DNA from: Trichosphaerium sp. ATCC 40318 | Taxonomy: Eukaryota > Protista > Tubulinea | Assembly (NCBI GenBank): GCA_038496445.1 | Contig: JALMLS010000009.1 | Coordinates: 62,001 to 126,000, forward strand | Length of the DNA: 64,000 nt | Direction of reading: 5' to 3' | In this document: positions 26,177 to 39,826 of the stretch, piece by piece | Layout: the number at the start of each line of letters is the position of its first letter | Numbering within the stretch: the first letter of the stretch is position 1 | Notes under the pieces: model-generated | Told to the model about the DNA's origin: nothing | Seen by the model: only the letters and a program-made list of their open reading frames with translations | Databases searched by the model: none | Program-made: the position numbers and the translations under genes

Positions 26177-27965
26177 TCAAGAGATAGTACAACGCTTTTC
26201 TTGAACTGGTTCAGGCATTGGTTGGTTATAGCGTTTCGGTGGAGGTGGTTCCGGTACATCCATACCCAAAGTTTCACGGGCATATCTAAAAAATTATGTG
26301 AGAAACAGAACATAAAAAAAAACATACTTTCGAAGCTGTGCAAGAAACCCATTGTTAGGACCTAAATTACAAATTATTAATCTATGTAACTCTGCGAAAG
26401 CATAAAAAACCCAGACGTACGAACACGTGGACGCCTCTCTTTGATATACTCAAGTACATCATCAGGTGTCTTATTCATTTTCTTCATCAAATAAGCAGCT
26501 ACAATTGTAGCACTTCTCGATACTCTAAACAAAATGATGAACTCTAGGTATCATATACGTTGTAAACAAATAACTCACCCTGCTTGACAATGAACCAGTA
26601 TACCTCCATCATTGATACCATTCTCTATAATGGCAAACGTTTCTTCGAACAAGCTTATTAAATCCTGTGAATCTAGAGCAAACAACAATAGTCAATCTCC
26701 GAAATGTCGTGCACGTGTACTTTAATAAATTGTCAGAGTAAAAAATAGTACCTACATCGTTCACATCTATACGATTATAGGTGAACAAGTCAGGATAATA
26801 CGGTTTGACAAAGCTGACATTCATAGCACTCAAAACATGTTTAATTTTTCCCTTTAGAAAATGTCTATTTGCAGATGCATCTAGAGAACCCAAATACAAC
26901 CCTATAACGTAAAAACAAGTTATAAAAATAGATCTACAGCATTGACTCACCTGGTAGAATCTCATCAACTAGTTGGTCGTCGTACATAATAAAAAGAGAT
27001 GGATTTTTTGATACAACAACCTTAGCCTAAAGGGTGGAGTTTAATACTAGTAAGCTATAATAAAAACAGTCTTATGTCATAGCTCTCTAACCTACCTCTT
27101 CAACAAAGCATATTGGGTTATTACAAATGCTTAAACTACTCAAATTGGGCATTGACACTATCTGATTTGGAAATGTGGTAAAGTCGTTTGATCTAGATCA
27201 TTAAATTACGTTATGTCACTACAGAGTACTCTTTTTTTTAATGAAAAGCTATTTTTAAACGTACTCCAGTTTCAAGTTTTGTAATAGTTTAAGATTTGAG
27301 AATGAATCAGGAAGACTGTCGATGTAATTAAGGTGTGCGTCTAACACTTTAAGATTTGTCAAACTTCCAATAGATTCAGGTAAACTGTGTATCTCAGTCT
27401 GTGCTATATACAACGTAGATAGGTTAGAGAGCTGTCCTAGAGTTTCTGGAATGACATTAAACGCGTTTTCGCTAACTTGAAGGTCTGTCAACGAAGTAAT
27501 CTCGAAGACAACTTCAGGTATTGTTTTAAACTTGTTGTTTGTGATATAAAGTGTTTGTAGTTTCTTCAAGTTTGACATCGATCCTGGTAATTCAGAGAGA
27601 TGATTTAAAGATAATCGTAACCCTTCTAAGTTTGTTAAAGATCCTATTTCGTCTGGAAGTACTTTGATGTTGTTTCTATTTGCGGTAAGACTTTCTAGAT
27701 GATGACCAAAGGAAAAAGCGTACTTTGAGAGAAAAAGGTGCGTTAGAGATTTCAGCGAGAAAAGAAAGCTTGGGAGTATCTCTATTTTATTGCAAAACGC
27801 TCTCAGGGTATGTAGCGACTTGAATTCGGCGAGTGAAGCAGGTAAACAAGTAATTGCGTTCCATTCAGCTGTAATCTCTTCTAACTCCTCTGTAGATGCT
27901 CCTGCAAGCTTCTTTGCAAAGCCATTGGTATCTAACTCTATATTTGCTACTCTTAACTTCTTCAT
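26177..27965 (-). CDS. LRR + dual-specificity phosphatase with C-terminal CaaX
   Basis: 23-aa LRRs (LPxxIGxLxNL), LYLGS, VHCQAGVSRSATIV and RPNNGF. Ends KRCTIS*. Confidence 0.88.
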
Positions 27966-28095
27966 GTGCGCCAGAAATAGTTCTATTTGTTTGCGTTGTG
28001 GTAAAACAATTTCATGAAAAAACAAACCGTTTTGATAAATTTAATAAACTGGTACGCTATCCCAAGTGGATATTATAAAATACACTATGTATTGA

Positions 28096-29424
28096 TTATA
28101 CATTACATTCGAGATCTTCTCTAGCTTCTATCAATGCTTGTTTATCATCATCACTCAAAGGTATGCCGAAAACATCAAGGAACATTAGTTCTTTACATTG
28201 ATGGATAAGATGCAAGACGCCTTTAAAAGTAGCCTGTGTGACCCTAACATAAACGTTACACTTTCGCTAGTACCTTAAATATGAATTTACGTACATAGTA
28301 ATACGTAAGGACCTAAGCCCCGTCAAATGCTTTGCAATTGAAGCTAGCCCTTTATCTGTAATATATTTACAATGAGATACATCAAGCTGTCTCAAATGAA
28401 CACAACGTCTTGTTATAAATTCAACCATCGTATCAGTAACCCTTCAAAACAAATCAGCATCAATAAAATAAAAAAACAAAAGTTACAGACACTCACGTGG
28501 CAAAACACCCTTTTAATGAAAGTACCCTCAAATGAGGACACTTATTGCCAATCAACCTAACCAAGTTAATACATTACTAATGTAAGCCTTGAATAGGCAT
28601 TGTGCAATTTCTAACCTTAGTATACTATTGCTATTAGCAAGGTCTGCAAGATCAAGTGCTTCTATTTGTGGCACCATGAACTTGCGTAGAATTTTATTGT
28701 TGAGTTTGTTTCCTAGATTCCTCTTTACTTGCTCAAATATTCGTCCTACTGCATTGCCATCTTGTATAGCTTCTATAATCTACGTTGCAAGTTAACATAC
28801 AACAGTATAGTACAGCAGTCGCCGTCTGAAAACGTTAAGCAAACGCACGCTTGGGTCAAGTGTTTTAATTTGCGCAGCTAATCTCAGTATTATCATATTT
28901 TGAAGTGAGGGCACGCTACAATCAGGTACAACGTCATCCATGATTGTATCACCAACATCAAGATGGTTAAACGACTTTCCCACGCTCTACAAAGTAGTTA
29001 GTCCCAGTATTGTATAGAAGGTACGTACTAGGGAGAAAGAGTGAGCGTATGTGGCTCTGTACAAAATGTCAGTTTACAAGTTCGTTAAATAATTTCTGTC
29101 GCCGTTTCCAGGCGTACCGTACGAACTCCAGGCCATAAAACTCCTTTAACTCTACATTTATTATTTTTTGATTTGAAGCAGTTATACAATCGTACCAAAT
29201 CGTTTCTTGTCATCAGTAAATGATGTAGAGTTAATTAAACACCCTTTTATAACATCTGGTGAGTATGTTTTGCTCAAAATCTTGTAAATTAGCTCTATTT
29301 GTATCCAACCGCCAATATATACGTCTAGTTTGAGTCTTTCGAGCGGTGCATGTCTCAACAAAAAGCATAGCTTTTTAGCCAACGCAATATCCTCACCTCC
29401 TTTTTTACACCCTCTTTCGCACAT
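28096..29424 (-). CDS. Tpt1/KptA N-terminal RNA lobe fused to AMN1/FBXL-type LRRs
   Basis: LCFLLRH...GGWIQI...KKRFELKE...VRATYAHS, followed by Cys-containing LRRs (LRQLDVSHCKYITDKGL). Confidence 0.75.
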
Positions 29425-30367
29425 GTGGAAGCTACTAGTACCACTGGTATCAAATTCTGTTCTTTAATTCTGAAAATTGAGTGTTTTCTACAACTTTTCA
29501 CAGAAACCATGTTCAACGTGACGGCGTAGGTAAGGACGTCATTGCAGTGGTGTCATTTTTTTACTCGATCAGCAAGTAGAGATACGTTACTTTTTGTTCC
29601 GTCAAAGATAACCATCCGACGCTACCAGTCAGTGTTTTTATCAACAAAGTAAAACTTGTGCAAGTTTTCTCAACTACAACCCTTACCAACTACGTATCTA
29701 ACCGCATGTAATTGCCCTGGGTACAATGGTGAGTACACAAATTCAAGATGGCGAACTTCAACGTTTATTTGCGTGACTTCATGTTAACGCACGTTTGTTG
29801 CAATGTTGCGCTGCGAATATCGTTGTAGTGTCACGTTAGTACTTTACCACTGCTCGTGACGTATGTTAGTAAATTAACAAATATTTTGCACGTTACCTTG
29901 TGCATCATGAATATTCACGCCTGCATAAGAAATAAAAAGGTAGTAGAATTAATTACACCAAAAATGTTCTCAAAAGCTGTAGCATGTTCGTAAACACACG
30001 AGACAATTAGTTTTACGCATCTTTTAAAATCACCTGTCAAAGTGTCGGACACCAAAGCCGTAATTATCGGCAAGAGCTCTAAAATGGTCGATATATAATT
30101 TAAGAGCTCTCTCTGTAGGAGAAACTACCATCTCCCTTTACAAAAGAGGAAAAGATTCACATAGAAGTAGGCTTGTGGCCGCAAAAATTTATGCCGCAAC
30201 ATTCGGGTTGTTCGCAAAAGTTGTCCCCTTATTTGCAAGGCGTGAAGCGATGACGTTACGCAGACTTATAACACTAGGTTTGTTATACTACAGTACGTAG
30301 TTAAACCATTTATCGTGTATTTGAAGCACGTGCCTAGTTTGATACTTCTCTTTAATAAAATTCAGTA

Positions 30368-32554
30368 CATTTATGCTATTATCGTTCTCATAGTACTTGT
30401 AGCAACCCTTGTGTCGTGTAATGAACATGATATTGATTGCAATATCGATTGGGAACCTTTAATCACAGCCTGTAAGCCAGTACTGTCTCAAATAGAGAAC
30501 GCAACAAGACTGGTACATTTTATTTTAAAATGCAAATTAAGTTATTTTGCTCTGTAACCACACATGTTCAAACGATTTTCTAGCCTATTGGAGACGTTGA
30601 ACCAATCCCAACCAAGGATTCTTCTTACCTCATATCAACAGGTAGAATAGAAGGTCTTTGTAAATCAGATGATTCTTGTGGTGTTCTTTTTCATAGGCTT
30701 CACCGACACATTTCTTCTTGCACGAATAGTTTTAACAACGGCTTGATAGACGACGGTTATACCATAAAAAAGCCTGAAACTGACCTAAGTTACATAAGTT
30801 TCCTTCGGGAGCAATGGTAACCTAAACAAAGTTCCGGTTTGCATGTTTTTCTGATTTTTTTTCAAAGTGTTGATAGACGATCACATCATACAGTGTGTTC
30901 CGATACTTCTCTAGAACGTTTTCAGAGTATATCAGATATTGTAGTATCCGAGTGTATCGTGAAAAAGAATATTTTGAAAGAAGGATGCTCAGTTGATTGC
31001 TCAGAAGCGTTGAAGTCTTTTTCCAATATCGCAAGGTTTTGTATTCGCCACCAACATGTTAGAAGTACTCTCGAAAGCTTTAAGCCAATCATTGAACGAC
31101 GAAGAATATCATGTGATGCACTTGAAAAATGTGATGCACTTAGAAGAACAGTTCATCAACTTGGTGATACGTGCAAAGTTGTTTTGCTTGGTGGTGTATG
31201 TTCAAACTCCTAGCTCTACAAGACAGTTTGTTGATACTTTTTCTAGACATGCGAAAGTACTTGCAAGGAATCAAGGGTATCTTTGCGTAGATATATTAAC
31301 TATTGCGCTCATCAAAATGCGAACAACGTACTGACCAGACTGACAACAGAAAACATAGAAATGCTAAGAAAGATTGACAACGGATGTAATATTAAAAGGC
31401 GTGGATCTGTGGATATTTCACATGAAGACGGTGGGAGAGTTTTACGGGCAATAGTAACACGACCAATAGATTTCCCTGGAGTATTTGTTTCCGACGTACG
31501 CAACTATGAGCTATACACTCTTTTGAATCTTTCTCATTTTTTTCGCATTATTTCGGGTTTTACCTTGCTTTATCGGCTAATGGTAACTTTTAGTGCGTCT
31601 CTCATGTCAAGACAAGGTTTGATTCAACGAAGGCACCTTTCGTAGAGTGTAATTTTAGAGGTTGCGAGAATAATACGGAGACAAAGATGGAGATGATATT
31701 TGATCGTGTTTCGGATTGTGAAGAAAGTAACGTGGCTGATCCTGATTCTTGTATTGATACTTTTGATCTTGTGGTTGATGGATCAAGTACAGAATCTTTA
31801 GACATTGGTAGAGGTCAGGTAGACGCTGATAATCATACTGGAGAGCAAAGCGAAGACGCTGTTGATATTGAAACATCCGTACAAATATTGAATGTACAAG
31901 AAAGTTGTCAGATTGGATTTATGCAGAAAGCCGCTGCTACAAACGCAACTGATGTTGATGATATTCAAGTTAATGCTGGTATTGAGAGTATATTATTTCT
32001 ACACCATTGTGTACACGCACGTGCAAACATTACAACGTAAGTGCCCTTCTAACGCTTCAATATCTCCTGGTTTCCACTGATCGATTTCTAATTCTTTTTT
32101 CTTAAGGAGGGTCCTATCTGTTCAAGTACGATGTAGCACAGATTTTGGAGAACTTGAAGACGACCCAGAAAATAGCGGATTTGTTCGCATGACTTGTGGT
32201 TGTGAAGGTATTTTTAGAGCTAAAAAAACAGCAAGATGCACAACTTGGCAGGGTGATTCTAGTATTGTTCCTGTAGATATATCATTGTCTTCTAAGCTTA
32301 GCGCAAGTGTCGAAGACTATCACCCTGTAGGAGACACGATGTTTCAAAGAAGAGTTCTAGCAAGACTTCCAATTGGATTGGAATGTGAAACGCTGGAATG
32401 GGATCCATCTTTATCTCTTAACGAACAAACAATAGCTAGTGAAATACTAAACTCTGAATCACCTACAGCTGCACCATCTTCATCGACTGGATATATTACC
32501 TTATTATCAAGTTGTTTTTTCATTGTATTTTTTGAGTTGATACTCATGATGTAA
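30368..32554 (+). CDS. Cys-rich putative secreted/GPI-anchored hypothetical protein (start uncertain)
   Basis: Hydrophobic N-terminal stretch, Cys-rich exons, acidic low-complexity region, and a small-residue spacer followed by a hydrophobic C-terminus. Confidence 0.5.
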
Positions 32555-32783
32555 ATAAAATCAAAGTAAAGTAGTTTCGACTTTGTTTTTTTTTTGCTTT
32601 AAAAAACCCTTCTTCAACTTTTTGTGTTCCTCGACTTACCTTAGTACGTTTATGACCCTTTGCTTTGTTGTTTGGTACATAAGAGTGTATTGGATAAATA
32701 TATATCATTTAGAAGCAATTTTAAGGGCAAGGGTTTACGGTATGAAACAAGTTTGTATTCTTTTTTTTTTTTTTTTACATTTT

Positions 32784-34234
32784 TTATCTTCGAACGCCTT
32801 GTTGTTGCGTTGGTTTTATTCTTGTTTTGTATGTTTTGCTAAATTTTTTTTGACATTCTTTATCATGTATTTCCTTCACTTTGTTATGTTTTATAGTTAC
32901 AATAAATAAATGTAAACTTTTCATCAACGTGGACCTATATTTTTGTTCAATATTATTATGTCCTGCTCCTCTTAAATACAATCCAAGTTTTTCAGTTTGA
33001 AGCTTCTTAAACAGCATCTAATGAACCACAAGCGTTAGATTTTTTAATGAAAGGTATGTATATAGTACTTTGCTATGCTTCACTGGAATAATCTGGTCTT
33101 CTTTACCATGTATGATGAGCGTGGGACATTTTATTTTATTAACTTTATCAATTGAACAGAAAATGTCAAAAGGCATTGTGATACCGGACTGCCTAACCGC
33201 TGAAAAGTAAATCCAAAAAGTACAGTATATATATAATATATAAACTAAACGTACCATACAACACGCACAACTGACATCATAGCAGACTTACAACAAAAAA
33301 AAATGAGCGATAAAAAAGTTTAAACTTTTTTTAGTGTACTTGTAAAATCAAGCCGCCTACTTTTCGTTCTGTGGCCAGATGAACACTCGGTCCAGTACCA
33401 ATACTCCGACCATACCTAAAAAGACCCGCCTTAGCCACGATACGTAATTTAAGGAGAAAGCGAACATACACTATAATACTATCAGGGGCAACTCCGCTTG
33501 ATACAAGGAAATTGTAAGCTTAAAATACGATTGTTAGTGCAATCACGTGATGAGAAAATTCGTAATCGACTTCACTTTACCTGTTTTGATATTCGCATAA
33601 CAATACAACTCGTTGGGGTGTACTATAGGCTCACCTATTACGCAATTTTAGATAAAAGGAAGCTTCTTACAGAATTTCTATCTAAATTTTTTTTCATTGT
33701 GTTCGTACCTCGTACTGTTTTACTGTACCCATAGCCTGAGTAATCATAGCACATAACATCAACCTATTACAGTACCTCCGTTAATCACTAGGATCATTTG
33801 CCCGAGGAAACAATACCTGAAGATTCTTTGATAAATACCTAAAGGCGTATGAGAAGGGATACGCAGACACGTGCTTCTAAAAAAATTGAAAAAAAAAAAA
33901 CTTTCATCTTCGTAGTGGTGGGCTTGGTTTCTATGAGAAATCAAGATAATAGACGTCACAGCACGTGAGGAGAATAGAAAAAATTAAATATAGCGTATAC
34001 TAACCTTAACCAAGGCTCAGCCCTACCCAAGTCTTCTGCGTTTCCGTGGGAGTACAGAACAGTAAAGTTGGCTTGTTGAAAAGGGTGTTGTCTAATGTAC
34101 AAAGCGGGTATTCTATGTGCGTAATGGCCGCTGCTGTCCTTTCCTGTTACATGAAGCCACACGGTATCACTTCCATCCTGTTTACCTTGTGGTTTCGGTG
34201 GAGCGAATGCTTTATCATTTACGAAGCTATTCAT
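32784..34234 (-). CDS. ABHD17-like alpha/beta hydrolase (depalmitoylase family)
   Basis: LYSHGNAEDLG, YDYSGYG, YGRSIGTGPS, IHGKEDQII and GAGHNNI. Confidence 0.9.
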
Positions 34235-34725
34235 CCAATCTAGGCGCTATTTAACCTTTACGGAGATGCAGTTATTTTCAGTAGTATTCACACAATGGTG
34301 TACTTTTTATCAACTTTAAGTACCTTATTCACGTGCGATCAGTTGAAACTGCATAATTTTGTAGTATCTTAGTAAGTTCTCCGGCCGTTCTCACAGCTCA
34401 GGAGGTACAAGATTTATTGCAACAAAAAGCACTAACAGGCCTTTTCAAGAAAATTGTCGTTTCAACCATGCTGTCGACGGTATCGGATTTAAAGAGTGCC
34501 TATGGACGCAACGAAGGTACCATCCACCACAGCCAAAACCAGACAAGGCACAGGACCGAGTGTAAAGATAAAATGGACTACTAGTATTGTTAACGGTTGA
34601 AGTGAGGGTGAGTCTGTGGCAGCCGCGAATCTCACCAATTTTGGCTTGTTATCTCGATAATAACAAAGAAACTAAAAAGTTTGACTGTCTACATTAAAAA
34701 TGACCAACCATATCGCAAGACGTAC

Positions 34726-37443
34726 ATGCATCGCTTTATTAGAAGCGCGGTTCTACGCCCTACTAGCGTTAGAACCAGACCAGCGGCATATAAGTATGCA
34801 AAAGTGCGCCGCAACATCTCAAATGTTGTAAAATCAACACAACACTCTACACTACGTTTGTGGGCAATACCTAGTTCGCATGTACGATATTAACAACCCT
34901 TTCCGTACTAATTCCTCATCAGATACGCTCATACTGTAAGGATACAGAGTACGATGAAGTAGTGGAAGAACTGTCGAAAGATACTAAACTCAGCCAAGAG
35001 GAACGAAGAGCTATAAGAGCGGAACGAATAGCCTATGAAAGAGAGGAAGAAGCTAACAAAGGCACCGAGCATGAGGACAAGGCATACGAAAATAAATCCG
35101 AAGAAGAAATAATGCTGGACATGGAAGAATCAGGCAATAAAGCAGAAAAAGAAGTAGCAGACACTTTTGATCGCGTAATAGACCCTGAAGGTATAAAAGA
35201 CTCTGAAGGGTTCGCTACGAAAGCAGACTCAGACTTTGCCAGTATACAAGGACGTGTAAACGAGCTTAGAGAACAAGCAGAGCGAATAGAAAGTACGTTT
35301 CCTTCTCTTTTTGGAGAGAAAAGTTTTCGAACTCGACGTTTTTTTTTTTGTTTTGTTTTGGCTTTTGTTGCTCTTTCTGATTATCTTTTAGAGGTTAAAA
35401 AAGAGTTGGAAGAAAAAGTAAATGATGCTGTTGTATTATCAGTAGAAGGATCAACCGAAAAGGCGTTGTCTATGCTACATGAAGTACGATTTTTTTTATT
35501 TTCTTGCTTTTTTTTTCTTTTTTTTTTGGCGGCAGAGTGCTCTACTATGCGCGCTACGTCAGATCAGTTATTCGTTGTTCTACGTAAACGAGCATCTTGA
35601 ATGTCAAAGTCTGACAAGAGAAATGAAAGGAACTTTCGTGAACCGTGATGAACGGCTTGAAAAACCCTCCAACATTATTAAAACCATAATCAAAATCGTC
35701 CTATTTCTCACTTGACTTTTCTTGATTACTAACTCTTCGTCTCTAAAAAGGTACTCAGCCGCGATCCTGAGCATACCAAAGCAATGATAGCTATTGGTTG
35801 GACACTTTACAAGAATAAAAAACTTGCCTTTGATGGAGAACAGTGGTTCAAAAGAGCAGCTGCAGTTCCTGGACAAGACAGTACGTTTTTTGCGGGTTTT
35901 TTTATCGCGAACTCTTTTATTTTATTTTCTTTGCTCATCTCTTTACTAGCCTACCCTCACATCAACCTCGCTGAATTCTACCTTAATACAGATCAACCTA
36001 AGAAAGTATGTACTTCTTTGTAAAGCTCATAAGACCTCGTGAATCATTTGACTTATTTTTTTTGTGTAGGCTTTGGAGATTACAACAAAGCTTCTTACAA
36101 TGCAAGAAACCAAAGTAATGGCTAAACCTTTTTATCTACACAGTGTAGTTCTAATGACACTTGAAAGACTCGATGAAGCTGTCGAGTATGGAAAAAAAGC
36201 AGCAGAGTTAGAGAGTGATGACGCTGGATAGTACGTTCTCTTTTCTGCTGATAAACCTCAATCGAAAAACCAAAAAAAAAAACAATTTTAAATTGTTTCG
36301 GCGCATGCTTTGGGTACAACTGGTTCTTAACAGTAGTATTTTATAACCGATGCAGTTGCGCCGAATAGTAAATTACGTCTGAGAAAAACAGCTCAAGCCT
36401 TACATTCGAAAGAGCTCGAGTCCACCTGTCCTCATGTCAAATTTTTTTTGAAAGAAAAAAAATATCCAAGACTTTCTCCTCTAGTTGTCCATTTTAAATG
36501 GACTCTTGTGGATGTTATTCTTATATTTTTTATTGTATCTGCTTTACACGAAAACTTCAAAGACGTATTTGTCCTTGTGTACTAATGACGTGTTTTTAAG
36601 TTGGACGCATCTTGGAATGTTATTATCAGAGATGCATAAATTACCCGAGGCAGTATTATCACTAGAGAAAGCTTTAGAACTAGATGAACATGAATGTAAA
36701 GCTAGATACAGTATTGCTATGACCTACTTTAGACAATCTGAGTTCGAGAAAGCAAGAGATAACTTTCAAGAAGTACGCTTTGTTTTTTTTGGTTTTTTTT
36801 TTTCTTGTAAGAATTCGTCACTAATCACTGCTTAGCTTATTAAATCATCACAATACCTTAACAAAGAGCATAAAGGATATGTCGCAGAGGAAGCTCAAAA
36901 AATAGTCAGGGAAGCTATACCTATGCTTGGTGCTGCTTATTGTCAAACAAAACAACATGAGAGAGCAGCAATTGTTTTAGATAAATTCCTAGAGGGTGAA
37001 CCTAATAGCCATTCTTGTCTATACTATCGTGGTTCTGTAGCTATAGAAATGTGTGATTACGAAAAGGCTGAGTCAACGCTAAGACACGCATTGAGATTAG
37101 CACCTACTGATCCAACATGCCACAACGAGCTCGGCACAGCTCTCGCTTATGTACGTTTGCTCAAGTCACTTTTTTTTTTTTTTGGAATTGTTCAATTCTT
37201 TGCGCTTCTTTTGTTGTAAGACGTTTTTATTCTTACTGTTTCTTCTAGCAAGGAAAGCTTGAAGAAGCACGGTTTCATTATAAGAAAGCTATAGATCAAG
37301 ATCCTCAAGGATCTTCTCTTGAGTATGCTTTTACGAATCTTCACAAGGTTCATTGGAAACTTCGTGATGGTGTACTAGCTGGAAAAACAGATTTTTCTGA
37401 TCACCCAATTAAAGTTCATTCTCAGTTTAAACAAGATGACTAA
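34726..37443 (+). CDS. TPR-repeat protein with a likely mitochondrial presequence
   Basis: Arg/Ser-rich acid-free N-terminus, an acidic coiled region and several TPR helices. Confidence 0.75.
36297..36440 (+). ncRNA. Candidate intronic hairpin-hinge-hairpin (H/ACA-like) RNA
   Basis: Stem ttcggcgca/tgcgccgaa, ANANNA (atagta) and a second hairpin inside a roughly 370-nt intron. No clear terminal ACA. Confidence 0.3.
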
Positions 37444-37930
37444 GAGAAGGAAAGAAAAAGAAAAAAAGTATTGTAATAGTTAAAAAATGAAATAAAATAG
37501 AGTTGAAAAAAAAAACGTCTGTCCCACATTTTTGAAGCAACAAGGAACTTCTGTTTGATGGATAACGCAATTTTCCATTTTGGCACCATTTGGTGCTACA
37601 AATAATCACGTTTTCGTCGCGTAGATTGATTAGTTCAATGAAATTATTCTGTGGAGTAGAAAAATGGCTAAAATTGGCTAGAACTTTTGATTACTTAGCA
37701 CCAAAGAAGCTTCTTTTCGTGTTTCATTGTTTACTTCTCATACCCTCTTTGGTACGTTTAGGGTACTGTTAGCATTATCAGTATCTCATTACTTTAATAA
37801 CACTAGCAGTAGCGCAGTGTTACTGTAGTAACGTATGTTACGTCGGTTTTTATTGACAGGTATCTCTTTAGGAGATTTTAGGAGAGTCTATTTAGCGGTA
37901 CTTAGGCGCTAGTTACAGTGTTTTAATACC

Positions 37931-39390
37931 ATGAGCGGCGCGTCAGAGCCAGTAGAGCTGGAACACGCTTGGACCATTTATTATGATGAAAAAAAGAAGC
38001 GTGGTGTTGATTATGCTACATTCCAGAAGCAAATGAAGACTTTGGGCACTTTTCATACAATACAAGTACAATTTCATGCGTTTTTTTTTCAAACGTTCTT
38101 TTATTCACCCACACAAAGGAATTCTGGCGTTTCTGGAACAATATTGCGCTAAAGTCGCTACCAACTGGTTCAAACGTGAGAGTTTTTAAAAAACATATCC
38201 AACCGGCTTGGGAGGATGAAAATAACGCACATGGGGGAAAATGGGTGAGCGCAAGAGCCACTTTTGGCGTTTGTAGAAAAAAACAAAAACTTCGACTTTT
38301 TTAATCGTTTAACTTTGTATTAGGTGGTTGAATTACCTCCTAGACAATCAGAAAAATGCACAATGGTGCTACTGAACCTTATTGGAGAGCAATTTACGCA
38401 TTCGGACACTATTGTACGTGTCGGTTTTTTTTGAAACGTTTTAGGCGTATTTAACGCATTACTGCGCGTGTCGCGAATTTTTCGTTACCTTTTCAATGAC
38501 GTGGCGTCATATTTCATACTGAGCTTTTTTTTTTACCCTCCGTTCAGCGTGAATAGTAGTTTTAACCACTATTTAGTGTGGCTTGGTTTTTTCAATGCGG
38601 TCAAAGAGTAACTTGCTTATACTATGGAATTCAGACGCTCATGCAAGCCCAGAGTATTATAAAACAACAGAAGAGGAGATTTGTAAAATACTAAGGGAGA
38701 AAGGGTCACCAAACATAACAGTCTCGTATAAACCAGTGCGTATTATTTTACCAAGCGCGCTTGTGGTTTCATTGTCATTTGACACTTCATTTAGCATAAA
38801 GTCGCCAAGAGAAAATCCAAATCAAACAGAAATAGTGAAGAAGAGGAGTCTTTTACAACAATGACTAGCGTTCTTAATGGAGACACTGGAAAGAGTAAAA
38901 ATCCTAGTATCAATATACCAGAACTACAAGTTGATTATATGAAGTCAAGTAGTGGATCAAACGAATCATCAAGCGATGAAGGAACGATAAATAGTGCTAG
39001 ACGTTCTCGTTCTAATAAAAAATCATTGGCTGTGCCGGTAAAGAGGACACATAGCAGAGTACGTTTACGCGTTAGCCGCCTACGCGTTTTTTTTAAATAA
39101 CATTTTGTGACTATTTGATGGCTTGTTTGTTGTTATAACACCTTGTGTAGTCTTCTTCGGATGATTTTAAAGGAAGAACGAGACGTCATGGAAGAAGACT
39201 TTCTTACTCTCAAGAATTCCCTCGTAGCCCTGAATCACAACGTAGATCATTGAGAAGGTCTTTTTCCACTAATCATGTGCCTGGAAGAGCACGAGGTTTC
39301 ATATTTTGGTATTTGGTAGTTTTCTTCTCTACAATGATTATTAGCGTTATTGGGCATGGTGTATACATAGCTCTCTCAGAAAAATCATAA
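37931..39390 (+). CDS. eIF4E-family cap-binding protein with C-terminal extension and transmembrane tail
   Basis: LEHAWTIYYD, EFWRFWNNI, FKKHIQPAWED, GGKW, LIGEQF and LILWN. The last exon (39151-39390) encodes a hydrophobic tail. Confidence 0.88.
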
Positions 39391-39826
39391 AACCAAAACC
39401 AAAACAACATAGACAGTATCGTGCAAAAGTATCAAATAAATGTAAAATATTAACCAAGAAAATCGAGCTCACCCACTATCTTACCACTGATGGATACAAT
39501 TTATTTTCTGTTGATAATTCTTTTTTTAATACGATGAGTTACGAATGAAACAATACAGCCACAGTGGTTGCAATTGATCTGAGTATAGTATTGACAGATA
39601 AAGGAGCCTCAATTCACTAAGTATTAATGTTTGTTCCTGCTTGAAAAAAAAAAAAAAATAGAGACTTCTGACGGTACACGATGAAGCGCATTTTAGTATT
39701 AATTAATTTATTTCACATCACTATATTACTATACATCTCCCGCGCCATATATCACAAAAATATCTTTCTGTCGCAGCGCTTACAACAGAAGAAAAAAATT
39801 TTCGAAGTCAACAAAATGTTCACGTG

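Noticed and set aside
26177-29424. Single KptA-LRR-DSP fusion gene
   Set aside because: A stop at 28096 and a new ATG at 27965 indicate two genes.
30640-30750. Apparent frameshift in the Cys-rich gene
   Set aside because: A longer GT-AG intron ending near 30749 resolves it.
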